Shown: one piece after another, positions 47,504 through 57,540 of the stretch | Layout: each line of letters begins with the position of its first letter | Position numbering within the stretch: position 1 is the stretch's first letter | Assembly (NCBI GenBank): GCA_040382515.1 | Contig: JBEIFH010000001.1 | Span: 102,810-166,809 of the forward strand | Direction of reading: 5' to 3' | Length of the DNA: 64,000 bases | Source: Chlamydiia bacterium | GTDB taxonomy: Bacteria; Chlamydiota; Chlamydiia; Chlamydiales; RGXB01 | Notes under the pieces: generated by a model | What the model was told of the DNA's origin: nothing | The model's database searches: none | The model's input: the letters and a program-made list of their open reading frames with translations, nothing else | Position numbers and translations under genes: made by a program

Positions 47504-49270
47504 ATGACTTTACCACATTTAACCCAATCGAAGAAAGATCTTTTCACCCCCTCAAACCTGGGGACGGTGATTCAAAGCAATCATCTTGAGCATCTTGTTG
47601 CAGAATTAAAGAAAAGATTAACATTTGATTTTCCTCAAAAAACTTCGGTTCTTGTAGAGACAGCATCTATTAAAAATTTTTTAAAAAAAGAATTAGAGAA
47701 TTATGCCGCGATAGATTTTGTGGAACCGGCACAATTTGACCCTTTTTTACGCTATAGAATCGATAAAGAGCTAGCAGAGGTTTTCCACCTCTATGCAAAA
47801 TTTGGGGGGGAGGAGCTCGAAAACTGGCTTAAAATCCCCTCAATAGAGGCCGACCTCTACCGGCAGCACGTACGCCGCAGTGTCCCCATCCGTGCCCTCG
47901 AACTCCATGTTTTTCACCCCACCTACCTCCCCAATTGGTACATCGATGCCCTTTTGAAACGCCCTTCAAATGTAAAGTTGTTTTTTTACATCCTCTCCCC
48001 ATCTCCCCTTTTTCTTATGGATCTTGTCCAGGAAAAACATCTACTGGGCGATTTGTTGCAGCAATCCTACATCGAAGATCAATACCGGCTCCTTGCAAAC
48101 CTTATCCCCTACAAACTCCCCCTGTTCAAAACATTCGAAAAATATGGGGCATCCTCCATCGATCTTTTTAGTGAGCCTTTAGGGAATTCGGGCCTCAAAA
48201 AGCTCCAAAAAAACCTCTACCTGCAGCAAAACGAACCTATAGAACCGGACCCCTCCCTAAATGTCATCCCCGGCCTCTCCCCACTGGATGAGGTGAAAAA
48301 CTGTTTTGCCCATCTCTATACCCTTTTAGAAACCAATACAGATCTCAAACCGAGCGACATCACCATTTTTGCCGACCTTAAAAAATACGGCCCCTTTCTG
48401 GAACTGGTTTTCGACGACAAGCTTGCCCTTCAAATAGATCAGGTCCCCCTGTTCCGTTTTGCCCCGGAGGTAAAACAGTTCTACCGCTTATTTCAGTTGA
48501 TCGATAGCCCGTGGACTCTGGACAGTCTTAAGAGCCTTTTAATAGCAGATGAAATCGCCGTATGGCTTGAAGATCAAGGATTCCGTTTAGGTTTTAATCC
48601 GGCGCATCAAAAACTTTTTTGTGGATCCAACCTGGATTTGGGAACCTCGTTTGTGGAGTGTTTTGAAGCCCTCATGGATCGGATGGTTCTTTCACCAAAG
48701 GGGCAAATACCCCCTTTTCCGATCTCTTTGGGTTTACCCTTACTGGAAACGTACGAACGGCTCGAGTCGCTTTATAAAGAGACCCTTCTTTTCAAAAGCC
48801 TGAAAGCTCCGTTGAATATCTGGCTAGAGAGGCTAAGAAGTTTTTTTTGCAATCACCTCGGAGTGTTTGAAACGCACGATTTTTTCAAGGAGTGGTCCGG
48901 CTACCAACCATTGGTAACCGAAGAAGAGGTCGATTTTTCCTTCGTTCGCCAAATCTTTTACGATCTTTTTGAGTCGCTCAAAGGGCCCCTACTTTTGAAC
49001 GAGGGGGACGCTATACGCGTAAGCAATCTTAAAGAGGGGGCGATACTACCCAATAAAGTGCTATTTGTCCTTGGCATGGAGCTTGAAGATTTTCCCGGCT
49101 ACAGGCACCTTTCGATGCTCTATCGCCTCGAAAAGTTTCCTCCACCTCAGGGGATGATCGATCGTTACAAATTTCTAGAGATCCTTTTGGCGGCTGAAGA
49201 GCGCCTTCTTTTTAGCTACAGCTCTGAAGCACCCTCGACCCTTATAGAGGAGATCTTTCGCCCTATATGA
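47504..49270 (+). CDS. recC: Exodeoxyribonuclease V gamma subunit, N-terminal portion (start possibly GTG 47567)
   Basis: QSNHLEHL, SPLDEVK, LKPSDITIF, KVLFVLGM...FP, DRYKFLEILLAAEERLLFSY, PSTLIEE. Confidence 0.8.
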   Translation: MTLPHLTQSKKDLFTPSNLGTVIQSNHLEHLVAELKKRLTFDFPQKTSVLVETASIKNFLKKELENYAAIDFVEPAQFDPFLRYRIDKELAEVFHLYAKFGGEELENWLKIPSIEADLYRQHVRRSVPIRALELHVFHPTYLPNWYIDALLKRPSNVKLFFYILSPSPLFLMDLVQEKHLLGDLLQQSYIEDQYRLLANLIPYKLPLFKTFEKYGASSIDLFSEPLGNSGLKKLQKNLYLQQNEPIEPDPSLNVIPGLSPLDEVKNCFAHLYTLLETNTDLKPSDITIFADLKKYGPFLELVFDDKLALQIDQVPLFRFAPEVKQFYRLFQLIDSPWTLDSLKSLLIADEIAVWLEDQGFRLGFNPAHQKLFCGSNLDLGTSFVECFEALMDRMVLSPKGQIPPFPISLGLPLLETYERLESLYKETLLFKSLKAPLNIWLERLRSFFCNHLGVFETHDFFKEWSGYQPLVTEEEVDFSFVRQIFYDLFESLKGPLLLNEGDAIRVSNLKEGAILPNKVLFVLGMELEDFPGYRHLSMLYRLEKFPPPQGMIDRYKFLEILLAAEERLLFSYSSEAPSTLIEEIFRPI

Positions 49271-50013
49271 AAACCGTTAAAGAGCTCAAAGCCCTACTTT
49301 GCGACCCCTTGAAATTTACCTACGATGTGGGGCACAAAATTGCTTACCCCTCCATGGATGATCCGGTAGGTGAGCGGTTGAGGCCGGCAAAATACCTGTT
49401 GAATAGCTTAGAGCAATCCCTCTATTATCAAGAGGTCGATCAGCTCTCGTTTTATTGGGAACGTTTCCCTAAAATAACTAGAGTGGCCTTAGTAGATGAT
49501 TTTCAAGCGCTAAACAGGCAGATCGAAGAGCAACTCAAATCGCATCAGCTCACAAAATGCGCCCTTTTTGCGGTAGAGGTTTTAGACCAAATTCAAGAAC
49601 CCTTCTTAAAAGAAAAAATCCATTTTTATCCAAAAACAACCCTCACCGGAAATATCCCCGTTGTCTCGGAAAAAGGGATCCTTGTGGCTAAAAAAAGGGT
49701 AAAAAAAGAGGACGATTTCAAAACCCTCTTGCCTGCCCTTCTATTGTTATCCACACTAGACACCCCCATACCATTAAAAGTACTTCTCTTTGAAGATAGA
49801 GAATTCTCTCTCACAAAGAGTGAAGCCTCTACACTACTCGATTGCCTTGCACACCTTTATCCGATTGCGCTCAAGCAGCCTCTCAAGCTTTCCAACAGCT
49901 TTAAAAAGGGCTATGGAGATTATAGTCCAATTGCCCCCTTCTTTGAAGAAATAGATCCCATTTTAGTAGCCGATCTCGACAGAATACTCAAGGAGCTCTA
50001 TGAAAGGTTTTGA
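49267..50013 (+). CDS. RecC C-terminal (inactive nuclease-like) domain as a separate ORF
   Basis: TVKELKALLCDPLKF resembles the start of the RecC C-terminal domain; ATGA overlap with recC and overlap with recB. Confidence 0.6.
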   Translation: MKTVKELKALLCDPLKFTYDVGHKIAYPSMDDPVGERLRPAKYLLNSLEQSLYYQEVDQLSFYWERFPKITRVALVDDFQALNRQIEEQLKSHQLTKCALFAVEVLDQIQEPFLKEKIHFYPKTTLTGNIPVVSEKGILVAKKRVKKEDDFKTLLPALLLLSTLDTPIPLKVLLFEDREFSLTKSEASTLLDCLAHLYPIALKQPLKLSNSFKKGYGDYSPIAPFFEEIDPILVADLDRILKELYERF

Positions 50014-52744
50014 CGTTTTAGATACCCATCAATCCATTCTTGGAAATCTCCTTATCGAGGCCTCAGCGGGGACGGGAAAGACTTTTACCATTGAACACAC
50101 GGTTCTACGCCTTGTGAAAGAGGAAAAAATTCCGCTTCATAAAATACTTCTTTTGACATTCACAGAAGCAAGCCAAAAAGATTTGATGGTGCGCGTTTTA
50201 GGCCGACTAAAAAAAGAAAATTTTTTCGGATTTCTTGAGGAGATGCCGATCCTAACGTTTCAAAAATTCATCCACAGGTTTTTAAACAAACAGCAAGACC
50301 CCAAAAATTCGCTCCCTCTGCACCAGGAGATCGAATATTTTTTGCTCTCATTAGAGCCCTATAAAGAATTCAGCCCAAGACAGCTCCAAAAGCTCTTTTT
50401 TTCCCAAAATTCTGACACGCAAAAGGGGCTGAAAGAGCTTATTGAGATGGGCCCATTCGATGGAGAGTTGATCCGTTTTGACGAGGCCTTAGCAAAAATA
50501 ACTACTATTTTAGAAGACTATAAAGAGGAGCCCTTTTTTGCCTTGCTGCAGGATTTTAAAGGTTTAGATGAGGTGGATCAGGAGCTTTTTAGGCTTTTTT
50601 TTCAAAACCCCCAAAAAGCGCTCGACCAGCATCTCTTAAAAAAAAATATCGGATTTAAAAAAATTGCCCCAAAAAATATCAGGGCGAAAAGAGCGGTTGT
50701 GATCCCTGTGGAAATTGCGATGATTTCCTCTTTTATAGACAAACTTCAAGACTCCGATATGCAGATGGCCCTTTTCAAACAGCTTTTTGAGGCCGAAAAA
50801 AATAGGAAAATCGGGTCCTTTTCACTCGATTTCGACCTTTTTTTACAAAAATTGGAGGACCTCTCTTTTTTAGAGGAGGTCTCGACAAAATTTGAAGCGG
50901 TGATTGTAGATGAATTTCAGGATACCGACCCAAGACAATGGGAGATTCTTTCTCGTCTGTTCTTCAAAAAGCCCCATATCAAAACATTCATGGTTGTCGG
51001 AGACCCGAAACAGTCGATCTACAGGTTTCGAAATGCCGATTACACCTCCTTCTTTGCTGCTAAAGAAGCGCTCGAGAAAGGGGAGATTTTCCATCTCACA
51101 ACCTCCTACCGCTCCTCAATTCGTCTGACGAACGCCATCAATTCCCTTTTTGAAATCACTCCGAGGCCCTTTGATCCTATCGAGTACACACCCGTTTTAA
51201 CCGGACGCAAAGAGGAGGGGCTCGACCTGCCTGTAGAACTGGTAGTTTTTGAAGACAACCTGAGCAATAAAGACAAAATCGAAGCGGTGATCCATCCCTG
51301 GATCCATTCCCTGATTCAGCACGAGGAGATCGACCCCTACCGGACAGCCATTTTAGTGAACAATCGTTTTGAAGCAACGGCTTTGGAGCGCTATTTAAAA
51401 AAGCACCATGTCCCTGTAAAAAAAGTTGACAAGACCTCTATGAAGGACAGACTTTGTTTCCAGCAGTTCATACAGCTTTTAAATCTTCTCAAAGATCCTT
51501 TTGATAAAAAAGCTCTACGCACTTACCATTTTCTTACCAAAAAAGAGCTCTTGAGCGACGAAGAGGTGGCTTCATCAGCTTCCTATCTCCAAACAATCGA
51601 GACGCTACGTACTGTGCGTCTAAAAGCTTTGAGCAGCGATTTTAAACCGTTATTGCGCACCTTCGAAAAAACTCCCCTATTTCCCCTTCTTCTGAAAACT
51701 CCCCTCTGTTCGATCCAGGATATTGAAGAGCTCTACGAAAAAATCTATTACCACAGCGAAACGCTGAAGGATTTCAATGAAGGTCTTCATGGGGTGGAAA
51801 TCATCACAACCTTCTCCTCTAAAGGGTTAGAGTACGAAACGGTGATAGCCCTCTCTCTTGCAACCGATGATCTTAAAGAGGAGCATAGCGCGGAGGACAT
51901 CCAGGAAAAAATGCGTCTTTTTTATGTAGGATGCACCCGCTCCAAAGAAAAATTGATCCTTCCGGTCCTTTTATCAAAGCAAAGCACCGTCCGCTCTTTT
52001 TTAGAAAAGGGTGTGAAAGAGCTCACTTTGGAAAATTTGAAGAAGGTGTTTTTCAATACCCTGGTTCATGTCACCGAGCCCCTGATCAATAAGCCTAATA
52101 AAATTTTCGAGTCTACGGTTGAGGAGGATTTTCTTTTTGAATGTCCCCAAAAATTTTATCCAAAACAGCCAGCCCCCCTCTCTTTTAGCGGAATGGATTT
52201 TGAGGAAACAACTATAGAAAAAGCGGTTAGAGAAGAAAATGAACTCCCTTTAGGGCTCGACTCGGGGGTATTCATCCATAAGATTCTGGAAAAAATATTC
52301 TCAGATCAAAGTAGGGAGATCTCTAAAGAGATCGTGGATGCAATTGTCGAAAAGACCCTTTTTTTAACACCCTATGCCCCTTTTAAAGAGTACATCCATC
52401 GTAAATTGGACTTTGTTTTAAATTTAGAAATCGATGGTGTTTTATTAAAAAATATTCACCCTTATAACCGGTTGGCCGAATCCCCTTTCTCCTTTATTAA
52501 AAAAGACCAGCGGGTAGAAGGGGTCTATGACCTGTTGGTTTTTATTCAAGATAAGATCCACATTATCGACTATAAGCTCACCCACCCCAGAAACTTGTCC
52601 ACAAAAGAGCTGATGGAGGTCTTCCACTATGATGAGCAGGGAAAACTTTACAAAGAGGCGATTCAAAACATGTATCCGCTCATGAAGGATAAAGTAGAAA
52701 TGCATTTTATTTTCTTGCGCAACGAGGTCCACTATGTCCTCTAA
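50000..52744 (+). CDS. recB: Exodeoxyribonuclease V beta subunit (UvrD-type helicase plus nuclease)
   Basis: IEASAGTGKT, LLTFT, VDEFQDTD, VGDPKQSIYRFR, SKGLEY, YVGCTRSK, nuclease GVYDL...IIDYK...Q..LY. Confidence 0.92.
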   Translation: MKGFDVLDTHQSILGNLLIEASAGTGKTFTIEHTVLRLVKEEKIPLHKILLLTFTEASQKDLMVRVLGRLKKENFFGFLEEMPILTFQKFIHRFLNKQQDPKNSLPLHQEIEYFLLSLEPYKEFSPRQLQKLFFSQNSDTQKGLKELIEMGPFDGELIRFDEALAKITTILEDYKEEPFFALLQDFKGLDEVDQELFRLFFQNPQKALDQHLLKKNIGFKKIAPKNIRAKRAVVIPVEIAMISSFIDKLQDSDMQMALFKQLFEAEKNRKIGSFSLDFDLFLQKLEDLSFLEEVSTKFEAVIVDEFQDTDPRQWEILSRLFFKKPHIKTFMVVGDPKQSIYRFRNADYTSFFAAKEALEKGEIFHLTTSYRSSIRLTNAINSLFEITPRPFDPIEYTPVLTGRKEEGLDLPVELVVFEDNLSNKDKIEAVIHPWIHSLIQHEEIDPYRTAILVNNRFEATALERYLKKHHVPVKKVDKTSMKDRLCFQQFIQLLNLLKDPFDKKALRTYHFLTKKELLSDEEVASSASYLQTIETLRTVRLKALSSDFKPLLRTFEKTPLFPLLLKTPLCSIQDIEELYEKIYYHSETLKDFNEGLHGVEIITTFSSKGLEYETVIALSLATDDLKEEHSAEDIQEKMRLFYVGCTRSKEKLILPVLLSKQSTVRSFLEKGVKELTLENLKKVFFNTLVHVTEPLINKPNKIFESTVEEDFLFECPQKFYPKQPAPLSFSGMDFEETTIEKAVREENELPLGLDSGVFIHKILEKIFSDQSREISKEIVDAIVEKTLFLTPYAPFKEYIHRKLDFVLNLEIDGVLLKNIHPYNRLAESPFSFIKKDQRVEGVYDLLVFIQDKIHIIDYKLTHPRNLSTKELMEVFHYDEQGKLYKEAIQNMYPLMKDKVEMHFIFLRNEVHYVL

Positions 52745-54050
52745 ATGGAATTCCTCTTTTCGACCCCTTTTAGAATCTTTACTACGCAAAACAAGCTCGG
52801 GATCCTACGGGATGGCGTGTGAAAACCTCAACCCTATCGATCTCCCTTCAGGCCTGATTTTTGAAAAGGGGATTTTATATTTAGAGCGTTTTTACAAACA
52901 ACAACAGGAGTTAGAACTTCTTATCGAAGAGCGCGCCCGTCTCAATCCCCTAGCCCTCCCCATCATCGGGGAGCTGGACGAGCGGCTAAATAAGGAGCAA
53001 AAAGGGGCCTTAGAAGCCATTTTTCATACCCACACCCTCTTAATCCAGGGAGGTCCGGGCTCCGGAAAAACCTTTACTATCTCTCGTCTGATTCCCCTTT
53101 TTATCGCCTCTTTTGAAAAAATTCTCCTTAAAAAACCCCGTATACTGCTCGCTTCGCAAACGGCCAAAGCGGTACACCATCTGGCAAAACAGCTACCAAC
53201 AGAAGTCAAAGGGGCGGTCCAAGTCGTGACTCTACATAAAGCTTTACGTCTTTATAAAGAGACAAAAGCTCCCCAACCTACCCTAATCGACCAGGATTTG
53301 GTGATTGTAGATGAGTCCTCCATGATCGATGGGGCTATGATGCTCCTCCTTTTATCTTCATTAAAGCCGACAACAAGGGTGATCTTTGTAGGGGATCCGC
53401 AGCAGTTGCCCCCCATCGAGGGTGGCGCTCCATTCAAACAGATGCTTTTTTCAAAAAAAATCGAAACCCGATTTCTTCCGGGTTCCCATCGGGCCGAAAA
53501 TAGGGATCTGATCGAAAAGGCAAACGCTTTATTTAAAGGGGAAAAGCCCGAAACCCAACCGCTCGATTCCTTTAGGATCGAAGATACGTTAAACCGTTTT
53601 TTTCAACCGCAAGACATGAAGCCGGAGCCCTCTTTTTTAACAAAATACAAAATCCTCTCTTCCATGCGGGTTGGACCGTATGGGGCTACCGAACTGTCGA
53701 ACAAAATTTTCAACCTTCTAAAGGAGCAAAAAGGGCGTTATCTTCTAGTCCCTATAATGATCTGCCAAAACAGCGAGTCGCTGGATCTTTACAACGGCCA
53801 AGAGGGTGTCCATGTTTTTGATAAAAAAGGGAAAGAGCAACTCGCCTTTTTCCCCCACCTTTCAAACCCCATCGCTTTAGCACTTTTGCCCCCTTATGAG
53901 ATCAGCTACGCCATCTCGATCCACAAAAGCCAGGGCTCCGAGTACGATGAGGTGGACATTTTACTCCCCGCCTCAAAAGAGCCCCTGTTGACAGAGCACG
54001 TCTATACAGCCATGACCCGGGCCAAAAAAACTTTCCGCCTTTTTGACTAG
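52734..54050 (+). CDS. recD: Exodeoxyribonuclease V alpha subunit
   Basis: GGPGSGKT, VDESSMID, VGDPQQLPPI, LYNG, YAISIHKSQGSEY, YTAMTRAK. Confidence 0.92.
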   Translation: MSSKWNSSFRPLLESLLRKTSSGSYGMACENLNPIDLPSGLIFEKGILYLERFYKQQQELELLIEERARLNPLALPIIGELDERLNKEQKGALEAIFHTHTLLIQGGPGSGKTFTISRLIPLFIASFEKILLKKPRILLASQTAKAVHHLAKQLPTEVKGAVQVVTLHKALRLYKETKAPQPTLIDQDLVIVDESSMIDGAMMLLLLSSLKPTTRVIFVGDPQQLPPIEGGAPFKQMLFSKKIETRFLPGSHRAENRDLIEKANALFKGEKPETQPLDSFRIEDTLNRFFQPQDMKPEPSFLTKYKILSSMRVGPYGATELSNKIFNLLKEQKGRYLLVPIMICQNSESLDLYNGQEGVHVFDKKGKEQLAFFPHLSNPIALALLPPYEISYAISIHKSQGSEYDEVDILLPASKEPLLTEHVYTAMTRAKKTFRLFD

Positions 54051-54108
54051 GCCCCCTTTTACCCCCTTTATGCTAAAAATTTGTTCTCCCAAACAAGCGG
54101 GTAAAACC

Positions 54109-54137
54109 TTGAGAAATTAAACAAAAGAGCTTAATCT
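54109..54137 (+). promoter_or_regulatory. Probable prfC promoter (leaderless geometry)
   Basis: TTGAGA (54109-54114), 17 nt, TAATCT (54132-54137), 7 nt, ATG. Confidence 0.45.
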
Positions 54138-54144
54138 TGTACTC

Positions 54145-55740
54145 ATGCGCACTCAAACTCATCTAGAATCGGAGATCCTCAAAAGGAGGACCTTTGCCAT
54201 CATCTCCCACCCGGACGCCGGGAAAACCACACTGACCGAAAAGCTTTTGCTCTATTCCGATGTTCTCAACACCGCCGGGATGGTATCGGGTAGAAAAGGG
54301 AGGAAAGGGGCCCACTCCGATTGGATGAGCATGGAAAAAGAGCGGGGAATCTCCATCACCGCCTCAGCTATGCAGTTTCACTACAAAGATAAAGTGATCA
54401 ACATCCTCGATACCCCGGGGCATGAGGACTTCTCTGTAGACACCTACCGCACACTTACCGCAGCCTATTGCGCCATCATGGTGATCGACGCAGCCAAAGG
54501 GGTCGAAAAGCAGACAATAAAACTTTTCGAGGCCTGCCGCCTACGAAAAATCCCCGTCATGACCTTTGTGAATAAAATGGATATGCCCGGGCTAGATCCG
54601 ATAGACCTTTTGAATGAGGTAGAAAAAGTTCTAGGGATTTTAGCGACTCCGATGAACTGGCCTATTGGAGGTGGAAAAGAGTTCAAAGGGGTTTTTGACA
54701 GAAAAGAAAACCAACTGATCGTATTTGAAAAAACGGCCGCAGGGGGAGCCAAAAAAGCTTTGATGCATAAAGCTCATAAGGCTGATCTCAATAAACACCT
54801 CACCCCACAGGAGATCTCTCAACTTGAATCGGATCTTGAGCTTTTGGATATGGCCGGTAATCCCTTTTCCCTAAATCAATTCTTAGAAGCCAAACTCTCC
54901 CCCGTTTTTTTTGGATCTGCCCTCACCAATTTTGGTGTAGAGCCCTTTTTTGACGCGTTTATTGAGCTTGCCCCCTCCCCAAAACCCTATGAGGCACTAG
55001 ACAATGCAGGAGCGGCAGTATTTATTGATCCGATCTATTCCCCTTTCAGCGCCTACTGCTTCAAATTACAGGCCAACCTGGATAAACACCATCGCGGGGT
55101 CACCGCCTTTTTTAGAATTGTATCGGGCCTTTTTGAAAAAGATATGCTCGTTTTGAACCATCGCTTGAAATCCTCTTCACGCATCTCACGACCCAGCCAA
55201 CTGAGCGGAAGCGATCAGGTAACGATCGAAACGGCGGTTGCCGGGGACATCATCGGTATTGCATCCAACGGCTCTTTTCAGATCAACGACACCATCTCGA
55301 CCACAAAAGGGGGCTTTCGCTTTAAACCCCTTCCCCAGTTCCAACCCGAATTTTTTGCCAGAATCCGCCCCAAAGAAGTTTCGGGGCGTAAATCTTTCGA
55401 TAAAGGGTGTGAGCAACTTTCTAATGAAGGGGCAATTTTGCTTCTAAAAGAGGAGAATTCACCCGATCCGATTTTTGCTGCCGTAGGCCGCTTGCAATTT
55501 GAAGTGCTTGAGTGGCGTTTAAAAGATGAATACAACGTCGAAACAACCATCACTCCCCTCTCATTTCAATGCTCGGCATGGCTTGTGGGAGATCTGAAAA
55601 CTTTCAAAAAAAATACCACTGCGATCATCGCTTTTGACTTGGAAAAAAGACCGATTGTCCTATTTCAAAGCACCTGGGAAAAAGAATATGCAATCAAGCA
55701 AAACCCCAACCACAAACTTGTCGATATTTTAGAAAGTTAG
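54145..55740 (+). CDS. prfC: Peptide chain release factor 3
   Basis: RRTFAIISHPDAGKTTLTEKLL, SDWMSMEKERGISIT, DTPGHEDFS, NKMD, PVFFGSALTNFGV. Confidence 0.96.
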   Translation: MRTQTHLESEILKRRTFAIISHPDAGKTTLTEKLLLYSDVLNTAGMVSGRKGRKGAHSDWMSMEKERGISITASAMQFHYKDKVINILDTPGHEDFSVDTYRTLTAAYCAIMVIDAAKGVEKQTIKLFEACRLRKIPVMTFVNKMDMPGLDPIDLLNEVEKVLGILATPMNWPIGGGKEFKGVFDRKENQLIVFEKTAAGGAKKALMHKAHKADLNKHLTPQEISQLESDLELLDMAGNPFSLNQFLEAKLSPVFFGSALTNFGVEPFFDAFIELAPSPKPYEALDNAGAAVFIDPIYSPFSAYCFKLQANLDKHHRGVTAFFRIVSGLFEKDMLVLNHRLKSSSRISRPSQLSGSDQVTIETAVAGDIIGIASNGSFQINDTISTTKGGFRFKPLPQFQPEFFARIRPKEVSGRKSFDKGCEQLSNEGAILLLKEENSPDPIFAAVGRLQFEVLEWRLKDEYNVETTITPLSFQCSAWLVGDLKTFKKNTTAIIAFDLEKRPIVLFQSTWEKEYAIKQNPNHKLVDILES

Positions 55741-57434
55741 ATTTTTTGCCATAATCTTGGTGTCGTATAGGGCCCCCCATATTGAAAGGGCCTTGTATAC
55801 ACGGTAAAAGTCTCTTTTCCATTAAAAAGGTGTGCCCATTCCAACATGGGATAAATGTAAGAACCATCCAGTGTGCGCCGAAAAACCCCTATCTCCTGAG
55901 TCTTGGGATCAAGCTGAAAAGACAGATAGAGAACCTTTTGATCCGGGGTTTGCCAGTTTGAGTCGGCAAAAACCACAAAAGGAAAATTTGCACGGTGCCT
56001 TTCAAAAAAGAGCTTATACGCACCTTGCAACCCCAAAGCCCGTTCCAGATCTAAAAATACATTCGGCTCTTGATCCAACAATTTTTTGCTCGGCAAAATC
56101 AGCTGATCTCGCACCCACGTGTAGCTGAAGCCTAAGTCCTCCCACCCCTGACGAAATTTTTCAGATCCGGGAAGCAAAGTGAATGCATGCGTAGGAAATA
56201 GGGCTAAAAGCCGTTTTTGGGGGTTATTTTGAAATAGAGCTAGTGTATCTGTCGAAAGCGATTTCATGAGGTCTAAATAGAAAACAAATAGATCCTGGGG
56301 TGTTTCAGGTTGCACCCCCTCTTTTTGAAAGGGCCCTTTCATTTCGAAATACCCCTCTAGAAGGGTCTCTAAAGATCCCCCGGATGGGTACGCCCAAGGT
56401 TGTTTTTTTTCGATACGCCGACGAAAAGGGATCGACTGGAGCTGCTGCTGTACAATAATGCTGCTGGACTCGATTAATCCCCGCAAATAGGGATGGTCCA
56501 CAACCATCTGCCGCTCAAAGTCGACAAAGAATTCTTTGATCGCAAACAGGTAGGTTTCTAAATCATTTATCCGGGTGTGTTGGGTGATGTTTTTTAATCC
56601 GTTTTTCCAAACAAGGCGAAAGCCGGCTTCAGAATCCTGGAAATTTTCTTTTTCCTCCCCCTTGATTTGAGGATCATAAACCTCATAGAACTCCCCTGTA
56701 AGGGCATAATCCAGCTCCTCAAAGAAAAGTTTGGAGCCCTCCTGGATGTCTACGAGTTTTTTTTTCATCTCCTGAGCATCCAGCTCCAACATGTCCAAGC
56801 GCATATTTTCCATTTGCATTTCGGCTTGTACGCGTCGTATATCCTCCTCCCGATAGGCGCTTTTAAGGCGCATCTGTGCCCCTTGCAAAGCCGATTCATG
56901 ATCCCGAATATCCTGGAATTTTTTTTGATAAGACTCTTTAAGGGACTCAAAGTTTTTTTCAAACTGTTTCCACAAAGCATCCCCTAGTCCCCCGGGCTCT
57001 TTTGGGTCGAGACCCAAAGAGGAGTGAAAATTGTAGCGGTAAGCGTTGTGGTTATAATCCGTAAGAGACGCAATTGTGAACTCCCAAGCTTTTAGTAGCG
57101 GGTATCCCCCCTCGCTAAAAGGGCTTAAGGGGGCTATGCATTCATGCCCCTCGACAACACGCACAAGGCGCTCTCGGTATAAGATATCCTCTAGATCTTT
57201 GAGCAAAAGATCGGGGCGCTCTTTTTGCACCAAAATAGCTACAGACGTCGCAAAACAGGAGCCAACACTTTGTCTAAGAGGATACCTCAGAGCTTTTTCT
57301 ACAGCTTCCATGACATGCTTAGGTTCTAAAGGGACAAAATCCTCAAGGCCTAGAGAGCACCTGATAAGCCTTTGTGAGTAAGCTCCATAGGGCACTTGAG
57401 AAAAAAGGCTCAAATCATGTTTCTCTGGTTCCAT
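55737..57434 (-). CDS. Hypothetical protein, candidate papain-fold cysteine hydrolase
   Basis: 565-aa ORF; RQSVGSCFAT, PTHAFTL, FADSNW; central coiled coil. Confidence 0.7.
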   Translation of the reverse strand: MEPEKHDLSLFSQVPYGAYSQRLIRCSLGLEDFVPLEPKHVMEAVEKALRYPLRQSVGSCFATSVAILVQKERPDLLLKDLEDILYRERLVRVVEGHECIAPLSPFSEGGYPLLKAWEFTIASLTDYNHNAYRYNFHSSLGLDPKEPGGLGDALWKQFEKNFESLKESYQKKFQDIRDHESALQGAQMRLKSAYREEDIRRVQAEMQMENMRLDMLELDAQEMKKKLVDIQEGSKLFFEELDYALTGEFYEVYDPQIKGEEKENFQDSEAGFRLVWKNGLKNITQHTRINDLETYLFAIKEFFVDFERQMVVDHPYLRGLIESSSIIVQQQLQSIPFRRRIEKKQPWAYPSGGSLETLLEGYFEMKGPFQKEGVQPETPQDLFVFYLDLMKSLSTDTLALFQNNPQKRLLALFPTHAFTLLPGSEKFRQGWEDLGFSYTWVRDQLILPSKKLLDQEPNVFLDLERALGLQGAYKLFFERHRANFPFVVFADSNWQTPDQKVLYLSFQLDPKTQEIGVFRRTLDGSYIYPMLEWAHLFNGKETFTVYTRPFQYGGPYTTPRLWQKI

Positions 57435-57540
57435 AAAAAAATTCTCTCTAAATAGAATTTTTTTTGCTAGAAAAAAGGACCACTTTTTCCGGAGGCCCTT
57501 TTTAAGACTACGCTCTTATAAAATAGCTGTTGGGGTTATT

